Assembly (NCBI GenBank): GCA_963665095.1
Contig: OY762069.1
Location: 1,952,001 to 2,016,000 of the forward strand
Source of the DNA: an uncultured Desulfobacter sp.
GTDB taxonomy: Bacteria; Desulfobacterota; Desulfobacteria; Desulfobacterales; Desulfobacteraceae
Length of the DNA: 64,000 nucleotides
Direction: 5' to 3'
Each line of letters begins with the position of its first letter. Position 1 is the first letter of the stretch. The translations under genes were made by a program, and so were the position numbers. The notes beneath the pieces are model-generated. The model searched no databases. It worked only from the letters and a program-made list of their open reading frames with translations, and was not told where the DNA came from. Positions 9,513-20,510 of the stretch are shown piece after piece.

Positions 9513-11450
9513 TGCAAAAAAAACGGATTTTTTAGCCAGCGTCAAAATTTCAGGAAAAAAGGAACTGTGTTAACCTCTGAGGTGCTTGAGCAAGCCCAGG
9601 GTCTCTTGAATGAGGGGCAGCCAAGAACCGAAATTGCACAAAAACTTGATGTAAAGCCGGACACCCTGCGCAAGGCCATTAATGACGGCCGCCTTCAAGA
9701 ATTGAAAAAGCCTGCAAAAATAACTGTTAAATCATCTCGAACAGAAATTGATGCTGCAGAGTCTGATCGGCTGGGAACAGCCTGTACCCGTATAGAAGAA
9801 AGGACCCTTGCAGCCTTTGGCGCCATTCAGGGGGTACCTGTTAATTTTGAGCCCTGCATGGATGTTCCCAAAGGAGGCGTTTTAACCTCTCTGCCAGCCC
9901 TGCTTGCTAATGGACTTATGGAAGGGGTTCATAGTTTTGCAATAAAAATAACGGGGTATTATACGGCTTTCCATGTGCTGCTGCTATTGGCTTTGATGGC
10001 TTTATGCCGAATAAAAACTGTTGAAAGAATCCGAGGAGAATCAGCAGGCGAGTTTGGAAAAATTATGGGGCTTGACCGCATCCCTGAAGTAAGATGCTTT
10101 CTGCAGGCACCCTTTATATTGATGGACACGTTCGGTTATATCATGGTGAGCTGACCAAACTGCCCCGCAGGTATGTATCCCGAGAAAGATTATGTTTAAG
10201 GGGAACAACTGACTATTGGGTTAATGATGCAGTAGGGCGACCATTTTTTGTTGTAGAGAAGACCGTCGATCCCGGCCTTTTACAAATATTACGCTCTGAT
10301 ATTGTCCCAAGACTGTTGAATGACATCCCAAACCAACCAACTGAATCTGAGTTACAATTAAACCCATATTTAAGCCGGTTTATTTTGGTGTTTGATCGTG
10401 AAGGGTACAGTCCTGCATTTTTTCAGGAAATGTGGAAGAATCACAGGATCAGTTGCATGACCTACCATAAACACCCAGGCAACGATTGGCCTGAAGAATG
10501 GTTTGAGCAAGTTGACGTTTCGATGCCCAATGGCGAGACCGTTACAATGAAGCTGGCTGAAATGGGTAGCCTGGTGGGAACGGGTAAAGACGCTACCTGG
10601 ATGCGGGAAATCCGGAAGCTGACGAAATCCGGTCATCAAACCAGTTTGATCAGTACAGAATATCAGCTTGACCACACCCGGTTAGGGGCCAGGATGTTCA
10701 GTCGATGGTGTCAGGAAAATTTTTTTAGATATATGATGGAACACTTTGCTATTGACCTTCTTCAGGAGTATGGGACCCAGGATCTTCCTGCTACCGAAAA
10801 GGTAATTAATCCGGTGTGGAGAGAGTTTAACCGGTCTCGTGCATCAATCCAGAGCAAATTGACATATAGAAGAGCTCGTTTGGGTGAAATGACCATGCAT
10901 CCGACATCAAAAGACAATGTAAACAATATGAAAAATGGCTTGAAAAAAAAGCAGAGCTATTTGAACAGATAGAGCAATACGAAAAACAGCTGGAGGAAAT
11001 AAAAGCCGAGCTGAAGAATACAAAAAAACACATTGCATGGGAGAGATTGGACGAAAAAGATCAATTCTTTCAACTTCTCCCGGGCCGAAGACGCCTTATG
11101 GATACAAGAAAAATGATCGCATACAGGGCAGAGACGTCAATGGGAACTTTGCTCAAAGATAAGACAACTGATATGGCAGCAGCCAGGAGGTTTCTACAGG
11201 ATCTCTATGTTACTGAAGCAGATATCTTGCCTAAACCGGAAAAAAGCCGACTGCTTGTACGAATCCATAATGCACCCAGGCCAGCAGCAAATAAAAAAAT
11301 ACAAAAACTGCTTGAGCATCTAAATGATACCGAAATAAATTTTCCCGGCACACAATTCAGGCTGCATTATGAACTGGCCAGCAAAGAACTTTGGGACGAG
11401 AACTCACGCCTTGAAGTGTCATGATTTTTCCTCCAAGTAAGGAGTCCTGA
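9513..11450 (+). pseudogene. Fragmented large transposase (three ORF pieces 9477-10154, 10094-10972, 11047-11424)
   Basis: HTH then DGHVRLYHG, VFDREGYS, RWCQENFF DDE-like motifs; frame breaks and missing 5' part. Confidence 0.7.
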
Positions 11451-11855
11451 TTTTATAGAAAAAATTCTGCGTCACCTGGGCTTATGGGATATTCACAACC
11501 ATGATCCACCGCAGGCGGTTATTTCTGAGCCCATTCCTGAGTTGGTTTATGACTTTTCAGACTCTCAAATTCCGGCGGTTGAGTATTGGAATTGATTTTC
11601 ACTGTACGCGGGGTTTCTGGTGAGGTGCGCTTAAAATCAGCTTAAATTTTGGAATTTTCATATTTGCTTTGGAGATTTCTGATACAGGCTGTTCTTTTCC
11701 CTCTGTCCTGCTACATCCCTTTTTTCGGCGAATGCCCCCGCCGGGCCACAGGCACAACATGTTGTGGCTGTGCCCGGTTGGGACCATATTCCAAACTTAA
11801 TCATCTTTGTCAAACGTTCGTCATACTTTGCTTCACAAAAAGCGTCTCCTATCCT
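11451..11855 (+). mobile_element. IS91-family remnant: transposase C-terminus (11451-11595) plus probable end
   Basis: FIEKILRHLGLWDIHNHDPP resembles IS91/ISCR C-terminus; AAAAGCGTCTCCTATCC resembles oriIS ends. Confidence 0.5.
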
Positions 11856-11993
11856 ATTTGATTTCAGCCTTGAAGGAATCGTTTTTATCAAGGGCCGATG
11901 AAAGCCCTACCTCAAAGCCCATACTTGTTCTTGTTCATGAGATGAGCGGTACGGTCTCACTATACAACATCAGCAATTGACCCAATAAGCATT

Positions 11994-12085
11994 AAAATTT
12001 TTGGGCTCCTTGAAAAATGATATCAAGGAGCCCAAATGACTTGTTTTTCAATTTCCCAAACGACAGAACCCTGAATTTTAAGGTT
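11994..12085 (+). mobile_element. Decayed 5' fragment of the IS4 type found at 15156
   Basis: AAAATTTTTGGGCTCCTTGAAAAATGATATCAAGGAGCCCAAATGAC closely matches 15241-15287. Confidence 0.65.
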
Positions 12086-12133
12086 CTCCTGTCCACTGAA
12101 AAACAATCCTCCTACCGGGTCTATGCACGGGCT

Positions 12134-13384
12134 TTAATCTGCCTCATTAAATTCAACAAATTTTTCACAGAATTCATCCCATGAGGTATTAAGGGCAAAG
12201 GGGACATTCTGCTTGTAATAGTCAAAATCAATATCCAGCTCTTCCTGGCTTTTGGGCCAGTAAATGCTTAAACCGTGGGCATTGTCATACTCCGGAGAAG
12301 CAGTGTTATGCCATTCATAGAGAACAACTGTGTCCATGGCATCCATCACGGCCTGGCATTTATCCTGGATATCTGCGTCGCCAACGTTTTGCTGGATGTT
12401 GTATACAGCATCATACAGGTCAATATTGGTTTCCCAAACATCGGTATCATACCCGTAACTGAAGTGCTGGGTGGCATACCGTGCTGTGACAAGTGATGGG
12501 TAATAGGTATCTATCCCGTCAACCAGAGCCTTTGCCAATTCGTCCACGGCACTGACCAACGTTTCCATATCTGACCCCATAGAAACTGCAGAGGCGGTCA
12601 ACTCGGAATCATGAACACCTATACTTTCGGCAATTTTAACGCCTGTATCCTGGGCCGACATATCCGGATCATCCTGCAACGCCGATATCACCTCGGCATA
12701 ATCAACTCCATCCCAGTCAATCCACTCCTGGGATGCGGCCATAATATCCACATTATTTTTAAAAGCATCAGCCGCCTCAATCCACTGGGACTCACAGGCA
12801 TCAAAAGCCACCACATCAACATGACCAATGGAGTCAAACGCATCCGCCATTTCATCCAAATCCATGGTATCTTCGTCATTGGTTTCATCATACATATTGT
12901 ACCATGGCCGCCAGCCTGCGCCATGCCCCCAAAAGAAAACGGCATAATGATCTGCCGGATAATTTTCTTTGGTCCATTCCACGAACTTGACCAAAGTCTC
13001 TGGATCCGCCATATTCATTTCACCCCAGTTTTCAACGGCATTGTCCTTTGTAGCCGTCATATTCTTGGTGACGTGAAACAGCAGCGTGTCTGTCCAGTCT
13101 GTGTTCTCATCGGTTTCAGTCTCGTCATCGGCATAGCTCATCCGGTCAGCCAGGGCGATGACCTGCACCTCTTCATTGGACCCCAGTACGGCAAGTTCTT
13201 CTTCAAGGTCCTTGACAACATACTCTTCAAGATCGTTGTCACCGCTCATGTAGACCATCAGCGTCCATTTGGCCTGGGTATCTTCGGTGTTATCTGATGA
13301 ATCGCCACAGCCTGACAGTGCAAATAATGTGATAAATACTGCGGTAATCCGTATGCATAATCGCAAGCCTGACTTGAAATACAT
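12134..13384 (-). CDS. Clostripain-like (peptidase C11) lipoprotein
   Basis: Lipobox LSGC, WTLMVYMSGDNDLE, WGHGAGW (His), FDAC (Cys), GLSIY. Confidence 0.85.
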   Translation of the reverse strand: MYFKSGLRLCIRITAVFITLFALSGCGDSSDNTEDTQAKWTLMVYMSGDNDLEEYVVKDLEEELAVLGSNEEVQVIALADRMSYADDETETDENTDWTDTLLFHVTKNMTATKDNAVENWGEMNMADPETLVKFVEWTKENYPADHYAVFFWGHGAGWRPWYNMYDETNDEDTMDLDEMADAFDSIGHVDVVAFDACESQWIEAADAFKNNVDIMAASQEWIDWDGVDYAEVISALQDDPDMSAQDTGVKIAESIGVHDSELTASAVSMGSDMETLVSAVDELAKALVDGIDTYYPSLVTARYATQHFSYGYDTDVWETNIDLYDAVYNIQQNVGDADIQDKCQAVMDAMDTVVLYEWHNTASPEYDNAHGLSIYWPKSQEELDIDFDYYKQNVPFALNTSWDEFCEKFVEFNEAD

Positions 13385-13641
13385 GCTTTCCCTCCCTGTT
13401 TTAATGTTCAACAATTTCTATTTACCAACTGAATGCAAATAAAAAAGTAATGGCACATCTTCAGGTATCGAACCACCTGATATTCTTTGTACCAAACAGG
13501 TATTTCTTGTACCCAGCAGATGATTTCAGGCGTTGCTGACAAAAAGAAAAAAAAACGGCAACAACAATGACGGTCATACAACCTAAGGGCAGCTTTTTTG
13601 TTTTCTTATTCCCCGACAAAAAGACAGACAAGGAGGTATTA

Positions 13642-14070
13642 ATGGAAAACAGTCAGACCGATCCATACGCGGCCCTGGATCAGCCCCGGTGCTGCAGTTT
13701 CTGTTTCACCCACGACAGGATTACCCAAAGGAAACAGCATCAGACAGGGACCACCTTATTCCGGTTGACCAGGATATTGATGTGGGGGCGGCCTTTCACC
13801 TTGCAGCCCCCTCATTTCCCAAAACCCTTTTTTTTCACGGCAACGGCGAGATCGTATCTGACTACGATGACCTGGGCCCCATTTTCAATGGCCTTGGATT
13901 CAATTTTATTGTGGCCGACTTCCGGGGATACGGCAGGTCATCCGGCACGCCGACGGTCTCCTCTATGCTGATGGACTGCCATACTATTCTTGACTATGTG
14001 GTCAACGAACTTGAAAAACGTCAATTTACAGGTCCTCTTTCAGTCATGGGCCGCTCACTTGGCAGTGCTG
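13642..14070 (+). pseudogene. Alpha/beta hydrolase, frameshifted near 13685 and 3'-truncated
   Basis: AGGAGG RBS; FFHGNGE, DFRGYG, GRSLG nucleophile motif; ends right after the nucleophile. Confidence 0.75.
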
Positions 14071-14456
14071 CCCGATACCATTGACAACTGTCCGAATATT
14101 CCCAACACAAATCAGTGGGACATGGACGGGGATGCCAGAGGCGATCTTTGTGGCAACTGCCCTGGAACTGCGAATCCGGATCAGACAGACCTGGATCTTG
14201 ACGGACTTGGGGACGCATGCGATAGCTGTCCCCAGTCAGAGCCGGGGCAGATCATTGACGAATCCGGATGTACACCCGTCTCTGAGCCAGGTGACCTGGA
14301 CAAAAACGGAGATGTGGACAGCAATGATCTAAGAGTGTTTGCAGCTACTTTCGGCGATAGGGAAGGTAACGGTGATTTTTTTATCCACCAGCGGATGATG
14401 AACCGGACGGTGATATTGACGGCAGAGATTTATATCATGCGGCAGGTAATTTTTAA
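14071..14456 (+). pseudogene. C-terminal fragment of a thrombospondin type-3 repeat / dockerin-like Ca-binding protein
   Basis: DNCPNIPNTNQ.D.DGD..GD.C repeats; GDLDKNGDVDSNDL and, in another frame, ADDEPDGDIDGRDL. Confidence 0.7.
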
Positions 14457-14701
14457 CGCCTCATAAAAGATGGTTCAGGAGGGTAAAGCCCCTCCTCATG
14501 AAATATCAGGCAGAAAAACAGGGGGCTTGTTTTTGAAATTAATCAGGGTGCTTACACCTATACTCTTGGGGTTCCGAAAAACGTCGATGATGAATGTAAA
14601 GGCTCATCACCCAAAGGTTTTCTTTTAAGCGTAAAAGAAAACCGGCTTTTGCTTAATTTGCATAATGCTTCTGTCAAAATTTGCGTTGAATTGCAGGGAA
14701 G

Positions 14702-15080
14702 TTAAATAGGCGTTTTCTGGAGGTCTCGGACATATACGGATACCGGTTTATTCCATCCTTTGACCATGATTGGGGCATCACAAGGCAGGATGGATAATAC
14801 TCCGGGGTCCTGTTTCAGGTTGGAAATGGTCTGCTGGGAAATGATCATGGCCACATCCAGGTCCCGGGTTTTTGCCTGGAGGCGTGAGGCCAGGTTCACC
14901 GTGTCCCCCACCAGAAGGTATGAGAGCCGGTTGGGGCTGCCGATATTGGCGGCCAGGACCTGGCCTGTGTGGATGCCGATGCCGTGGGAGAGGCTGGGAA
15001 GCTGTTTTTCTTTGAACCTTTTGTTGAGTTCAGCAAGGCGAGATTCCATATCCAGGGCGGCACTCACCGCATTGGACGCA
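14702..15080 (-). pseudogene. Class III adenylate/guanylate cyclase, 3' part (continues at 19498-19560)
   Basis: GIGIHTG, GDTVNLASRL; joins FLGDEIYAVFGAPVSDPRDA across the transposon. Confidence 0.85.
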
Positions 15081-15155
15081 TGTAGATTCCCGAAATAATC
15101 TGAACAAAAACCCGCCAAATTTTTCATATTAAATTGACAAAGTTCCATTTTTCTC

Positions 15156-16465
15156 CAGTAGTGTCCGGTTAGGTTGTTGCATATAAAAAATATCTAAAAT
15201 TATTCAAAAAACGTCATTTTTATGTTGACAAATGTGCGTAAAAATTTTTGCGCGCCTTGAAAAATTTTATCAAGGAGCCCAAATGACGCGCATTTCAATT
15301 ACCAAAGCCATAATATCGTCCCTGAATTTTGACAAGTTCCGTAACCCTCTGATAAGGTCGCTTCCACAAGCACCAGAATTGCAATCTCGAGGAGACCGAC
15401 CTTTAAAAATGACATTCGAAGACCAGATAAATGCCCTGATTTATTTTCATCTGCAGGAACACAAATCAGCCCGGCATTTAGTCCAAGATCTCAAGGAAAA
15501 TATTTTTGCCAAAGAACATATTGCTCCGGAAGGCGGTATCAGCCGCAGCAGCTTTTGTGAAGCAGTCAACCACCGAGGGCTTGAACAACTGCAATTTGTC
15601 TTCGAAGATCTTTATAAACAGGCTGTTGGGTGCCTGCCAAAGGAGCATGCCGAGTTGGGCGATCTGGTTTCCATTGACGGCAGCCTTATAAATGCCGTCC
15701 TTTCAATGCATTGGGCAAACTACAGGAAAGGAAGTAAAAAAGCCAAAGCGCATTGCGGATTTGACATAAATCACGGCATTCCAAACAAAATATTCCTGAC
15801 AGAAGGCAACGGCGGGGAGCGCCCTTTTGTCCCAAAGATACTTACCGAGGGGCAAACAGGTGTTATGGACCGTGGCTATCAATCACATCACGATTTTGAC
15901 TTGCTACAGGCACAAGGCAAGCATTTTGTTTGCCGTATAAAAGCCAAAACAACCAGAACGGTAATTGAGACTCACGAGGTCAACTATGGCAGCTACATTT
16001 TCTATGATGCTCTGGTCTTCCTTGGCACTCCGAACCTGAACCAGACAAAAACTCCCGTCCGGGTTGTTGGCTATAAAATTGCCGGCGTGAAATACTATGT
16101 AGCAACTGACAGGCATGATTTAACGGCAGAGCAAATAGCAACCATATATAAGCTCCGGTGGACCATTGAAGATTTTTTCAAATGGTGGAAAGGACACCTG
16201 AAAGTTTACCACCTCATTGCCCGCAGCGAATATGGCCTTATGGTGCAAATCCTTAGCGGCCTCATCACGTATCTGTTGCTTGCAATCTACTGTCGAAACG
16301 AGTTTAATGAAAAGGTTACTATTAAAAGGGTTCGGCAGTTACGAACAGCCATCTTGAATGATCTGATTGAGAGCAACAATGATGCTTTTCACGGTTCAAA
16401 CAGAGACAATATTGTCAAAGATCAAAAAATTACTGAGCAAGCAAAAACCTAACCGGACACTACTG
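15156..16465 (+). mobile_element. IS4 family element
   Basis: Perfect 20-bp IR CAGTAGTGTCCGGTTAGGTT; 9-bp duplication ATTTTTCTC (15147-15155, 16466-16474). Confidence 0.95.
15283..16452 (+). CDS. IS4 family transposase
   Basis: IDGS, MDRGY, YKLRWTIEDFFK (YREK); AAGGAG RBS. Confidence 0.92.
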   Translation: MTRISITKAIISSLNFDKFRNPLIRSLPQAPELQSRGDRPLKMTFEDQINALIYFHLQEHKSARHLVQDLKENIFAKEHIAPEGGISRSSFCEAVNHRGLEQLQFVFEDLYKQAVGCLPKEHAELGDLVSIDGSLINAVLSMHWANYRKGSKKAKAHCGFDINHGIPNKIFLTEGNGGERPFVPKILTEGQTGVMDRGYQSHHDFDLLQAQGKHFVCRIKAKTTRTVIETHEVNYGSYIFYDALVFLGTPNLNQTKTPVRVVGYKIAGVKYYVATDRHDLTAEQIATIYKLRWTIEDFFKWWKGHLKVYHLIARSEYGLMVQILSGLITYLLLAIYCRNEFNEKVTIKRVRQLRTAILNDLIESNNDAFHGSNRDNIVKDQKITEQAKT

Positions 16466-16591
16466 ATTTTTCTCAAATTATCCTGTACAGGTTCTGATCA
16501 AAGCATTCTGACAAAAATGAAAAGGGCGAAAAGCTTTGCAGAGCCTCGCCCTTAAGACCGGGATTTATAAAATCCCAAAACAACCATAAAA

Positions 16592-17038
16592 ATGATAATA
16601 AAGGTCAAAGCTGATATCAAGCAAATTTTCAAGCAGGGCAAAAATTTTACATGGCCAAAACCGTCACGATGTCCACATTGCAACGACTCCAGGCTGTGGG
16701 GACACGGCTTTGTACTCTCCTTTTTTGATGGATTTGATCAAGGGGTGTATTTGAAGCGATATCGCTGCCCCTATTGCAAAACCGTATTCAAATTGAAGCC
16801 ATATGGTTTTTTCAAGAGGTTCCAGGCCAGTATCTGGCAAATCCTTACCAGCATTATGAGTCGTCTATACACAGACCGGTATCTGCCGGAACTCTCCTGG
16901 AGTCGACAGCATTTTTGGTTTACTGCATTGAAACGAAATATAGCGGCCTACCTGTCCAACAGTTGGGACAAAGGTGTGGTTGCTGGTTTTATCAAGCTAA
17001 TCGGTATGGGTAAAATCCCGGTTACCAGTTCAATTTAA
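16592..17038 (+). CDS. Transposon accessory Zn-ribbon protein (DUF6431-like)
   Basis: CPHC..LWGHG...RYRCPYC. Confidence 0.7.
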   Translation: MIIKVKADIKQIFKQGKNFTWPKPSRCPHCNDSRLWGHGFVLSFFDGFDQGVYLKRYRCPYCKTVFKLKPYGFFKRFQASIWQILTSIMSRLYTDRYLPELSWSRQHFWFTALKRNIAAYLSNSWDKGVVAGFIKLIGMGKIPVTSSI

Positions 17039-17141
17039 CCATGGGGCTGGATCAGGTTTAAACCACCCTACCGAAGGCTGTGATTTACCGAAGGATCATA
17101 CTGTCATACAAGCCCTTAGAACCAAATTTTAAGGAGGAAGT

Positions 17142-18398
17142 ATGACAGAAAATCAGAAAAAAGAGGTTGCCGTGTTCAGGTTTGGGGTCATTTGTGAATT
17201 TGTGACCGGAATAAATTTTGATTACGGTGAAAAAGAACGAATTTTACAGCAGAAGTGCGCCCGCAAATGGTCCATCCCGTATTCTGGAAGGACCAGGCTT
17301 TCCAGAAGTACGATTCTGGGATGGGTCCGGCAGTATAACGGTCGAATAGAGTCTCTTTACCCCAAAGACCGTTCAGACCAGGGAAAATCAAGGGTATTCG
17401 ATGACGAGACTGCATCTCAACTAATCAAACTCCGGTTAGACCAGCCTGATGCGACAGTCGATACATTGATCTGTTCACTTCAAAAAACTACATGCCAGAC
17501 ATACAGTCCATCCAGTGTATACCGTTTTTTACGCGGCCGGGGGCTAATGAACACGGCCCGGCCAGAGGATAGAAGAAAGTTTGAAGCCCCGCACCCCAAT
17601 GATATGTGGCAAAGCGACGTCATGCACGGCCCTACAGTCCTGGTTCAGGATAAGCAAAGAAAAACGTACCTGATTGCCATTATGGACGATCATTCCAGGC
17701 TGGTTACGGCTGCAGGTTTTTATTTATCTGAGAATCTGAAGACCTATCTTATGGTGCTGGAGCAGGCTTTTTTGAGCCGTGGGCTTCCCCGCAAGCTGTA
17801 TGTAGATAACGGTCCTGCGTTCAGATCCCATCATTTAAAATATGTAGCAGCGTCTCTGTCCATCGCTTTAATCCATGCAAGGCCATATAAGCCCCAGGGG
17901 AAAGGTAAAATCGAGCGCTGGTTCAGAACGGTTCGGCTTCAGTTTCTGCAAAGATTTACAGGTAAGACCCTGGATGATCTGAATGGGGCATTTGAGAAGT
18001 GGCTTCATAATGAGTACCATCAGCGTAAACACAGCTCCACAGGCGAATCACCGTTTAAAAGATTTACCTCGGCCATGGAGTGCATCCGTACCGCCCCACC
18101 GGATCTGAAAGACCACTTCCGCAAAACCGCCCGGCGCAAGGTGGCAAAGGACCGAACCATCACCCTTGACGGCAACATGTTTGAGGCCCCGGTTGCGCTG
18201 ATCGGCAGACATGTGGATGTAAAGTACCATGAGGACACCCCTTTGCAGGCTGAAGTTATCTATAAAGCAAAGTCTTATGGCTTGTTAACCCCGGTGGACC
18301 TTGCTGTGAACTGTCGGGTCAAGCGGCACCGCTGGAACGAAAATGATATCCGGATTATGCCTGAACCCTCAAATTACAAGGGAGGGCAACTGTTATGA
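17142..18398 (+). CDS. DDE integrase/transposase (IS481/Mu-like)
   Basis: WQSD, DDHSR, LYVDNG, PQGKGKIERWF. Confidence 0.92.
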   Translation: MTENQKKEVAVFRFGVICEFVTGINFDYGEKERILQQKCARKWSIPYSGRTRLSRSTILGWVRQYNGRIESLYPKDRSDQGKSRVFDDETASQLIKLRLDQPDATVDTLICSLQKTTCQTYSPSSVYRFLRGRGLMNTARPEDRRKFEAPHPNDMWQSDVMHGPTVLVQDKQRKTYLIAIMDDHSRLVTAAGFYLSENLKTYLMVLEQAFLSRGLPRKLYVDNGPAFRSHHLKYVAASLSIALIHARPYKPQGKGKIERWFRTVRLQFLQRFTGKTLDDLNGAFEKWLHNEYHQRKHSSTGESPFKRFTSAMECIRTAPPDLKDHFRKTARRKVAKDRTITLDGNMFEAPVALIGRHVDVKYHEDTPLQAEVIYKAKSYGLLTPVDLAVNCRVKRHRWNENDIRIMPEPSNYKGGQLL

Positions 18399-19204
18399 GT
18401 GAAATGTATCGTACCTTTTTTGGCTTATATAGGGAGGCCTTCCCGGCGCAGATAGAAATCAATGATATCCTGGTCACCCCGGAGGTCTCGGGCGTTAAAA
18501 ATCGGATTGATTATTCCTTAAGACTTGGCTGCAGTGCGGTTATCACAGGGGATGTGGGCAGCGGAAAGTCCACCGCCTTAAGGTATGCCGCCTCATCCCT
18601 ACACCCTTCGGAATACAAAGTCTTTTATGTTACGGCCTCAAGCGGTTCCATCATGGAACTTTACCGGCAGATTGTTGAAGAACTGGGCATAGAGCGGACA
18701 TCGACGTCCCGCGCTGTTATGATCTCCATTATTAAAAATGAAATACGTGAATTCGTCCTGGGAAAAAAGATCAAAACCGTTTTGATTATAGATGAGGCAT
18801 CTCTGCTTCGCATGGAAGTCTTTGCCGAACTTCACACCCTGGTTCAATTTGAAAAAGACGCCATGCCCTGGCTGCCTGTGATCCTTGCAGGTCAGCCGAC
18901 ATTGATAGATAAGCTTCAGTACCGGACGTCAATCCCGTTTGCATCCAGGATTGTGGCTAAAAGCCATCTGGATGGTCTGGATGTGGCTGGAATGAAAACT
19001 TACCTGATCCATCATTTAAAACTATGCGGCGTTGACACCAACTTTTTTTCTGACCAGGCGGTGACTGCGATTCATCAAGGCTCCGGCGGCCTTTTACGAA
19101 AGGCGAATAATCTTGCCAGAGGCTCATTGATTGCTGCTGCGGCAGAAAAATCAATGACGGTATCTGCAGAGCATGTCCGCATTGCTTCATCGGAGATTTT
19201 TTAA
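18395..19204 (+). CDS. ExeA/TniB-like AAA+ ATPase
   Basis: GDVGSGKS, LIIDEA; ATGA overlap with transposase. Confidence 0.88.
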   Translation: MSEMYRTFFGLYREAFPAQIEINDILVTPEVSGVKNRIDYSLRLGCSAVITGDVGSGKSTALRYAASSLHPSEYKVFYVTASSGSIMELYRQIVEELGIERTSTSRAVMISIIKNEIREFVLGKKIKTVLIIDEASLLRMEVFAELHTLVQFEKDAMPWLPVILAGQPTLIDKLQYRTSIPFASRIVAKSHLDGLDVAGMKTYLIHHLKLCGVDTNFFSDQAVTAIHQGSGGLLRKANNLARGSLIAAAAEKSMTVSAEHVRIASSEIF

Positions 19205-19240
19205 GAAAAAACAGCCATAGAGCAGAATATTACGATTTCG

Positions 19241-19409
19241 GTGAAACGGAGCCGGGCTCTGCTGAGGAGCAACCTGGTAAGGGATAGCCGGAAGCAGGCA
19301 GCATTGAATAATGCGCCAGGGGAAGTGGGGATTACCTGCTTCCCCTTTCTGCTTTATTCAAGCTGTTCTGCCTATGCCTTAAAAACCTACTGAGAAGGAG
19401 CGCAGCGAC
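19241..19409 (+). ncRNA. Candidate structured RNA/DNA element, copy A
   Basis: Conserved with 23655-23830; two stem-loops; no ORF start. Confidence 0.5.
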
Positions 19410-19497
19410 TTCTGTAGCTGTCTTAAATAATATGGAAAAGATTTAATCTGTTCAAAATAATTAGAAAATTTAAGTCAGGATAAAATGCGACTCAACA

Positions 19498-19560
19498 ACG
19501 CATCCCTGGGGTCAGACACAGGTGCGCCAAATACCGCATAAATTTCATCACCTAAGAATT
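19498..19560 (-). pseudogene. Cyclase middle fragment
   Basis: FLGDEIYAVFGAPVSDPRDA. Confidence 0.8.
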
Positions 19561-20032
19561 ATATTACCGCAAAAAAGCTTCATGAAATGCTTTCACAAAA
19601 AGGTCTGATTGGAGACCCGCCCATCCATTACAATACACTGCTGTGTATCGTTAAAGAAGAGCAGTTACTGGCTTTCGGGAACAAACGCCGGGATGTGCGG
19701 ACCAGCTTTGAAACCGATCATGTCAACTGCCTTTGGATCGGCGATTTCATGCATGGTCCCCTGGTGACTATAAACCGGAAAATGCACAAGGCCATATTAT
19801 GTGCGATTATAGATGACCACAGCCGGATGATTGTGGGACACGCCTTTGCCTCCACAGAGACAGTCCTTTCCCTGACCCTGGTATTGAAAGATGCCTTTCT
19901 GGCTTTTGGATTTCCGGAACGTCTTTATGTGGACAATGGAGCATCTTTCAGCTCTGATTTTCTGGCCAAAACCTGCGCCTTGTCCGGCATATCACTGATT
20001 CACTCCAAACCCTATGATTCACCTTCCCGAGG
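19561..20032 (+). pseudogene. Internal fragment of a third IS481/Mu-like transposase
   Basis: WIGDFMHGP, DDHSR, LYVDNG, KPYDSPSRG; stops before the KIER motif. Confidence 0.8.
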
Positions 20033-20312
20033 TTATGGAAAGTTAGCTGTTATGTAAAGTTGAATAGAAAGAGCTGCTTGGGATATAGGCGACAGCATTG
20101 AGTTACTTTTCATAATAATCCGATCTAATTTTAGGTGATTAACCCAAAATAGATAGGAGATTATGAAATGGAAACAAAACAATTACCGGCGTCAGAGCTA
20201 TTCAAGCTCAGTAAACATCCTGGCCCTGAGGGCCAGGCTTTGGACTGCCCCTAAAAGGGGCTTAGTATGCCTTGCCTCCTGAGGAGGCAAGGACGGTTGT
20301 CCCCACCGTTTA

Positions 20313-20372
20313 TTATTTATTGAACAAATCTCTTTGTTCGGCTCTTCTCTCTTTATTCTCTTGGTGCTTTAC
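20313..20372 (-). pseudogene. tnpA: IS200 TnpA C-terminus (VKHQENKERRAEQRDLFNK*)
   Basis: In frame with 23914-24297 after removing transposon B. Confidence 0.85.
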
Positions 20373-20510
20373 TGAGAATGATCACAAAAAATCATGGAAA
20401 AATTAAAGATAATTTGCAAGATATGCCAGGGATGAGGCAGAAGCTCCCCCGTTTATCTCGCAAATAATCAATGGAACTTCTGCCCCTATTACCCTAACAG
20501 GGCAGGAGAT

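Larger units (their letters stand above)
15081..19497 (+). mobile_element. Three-gene DDE transposon A (Zn-ribbon + Mu/IS481-like transposase + ExeA-type ATPase), carrying a nested IS4
   Basis: TGT...ACA ends; 5-bp duplication ACGCA at 15076-15080 and 19498-19502; removal restores the cyclase frame. Confidence 0.88.

Noticed and set aside
15081..15148. N-terminus of the 14702-15148 ORF
   Set aside because: Read-through into the transposon A left end, not cyclase.
20211..20310. Orphan IS200 left end or TnpB omega-RNA
   Set aside because: It is the right end of the split IS200; no tnpB is present.
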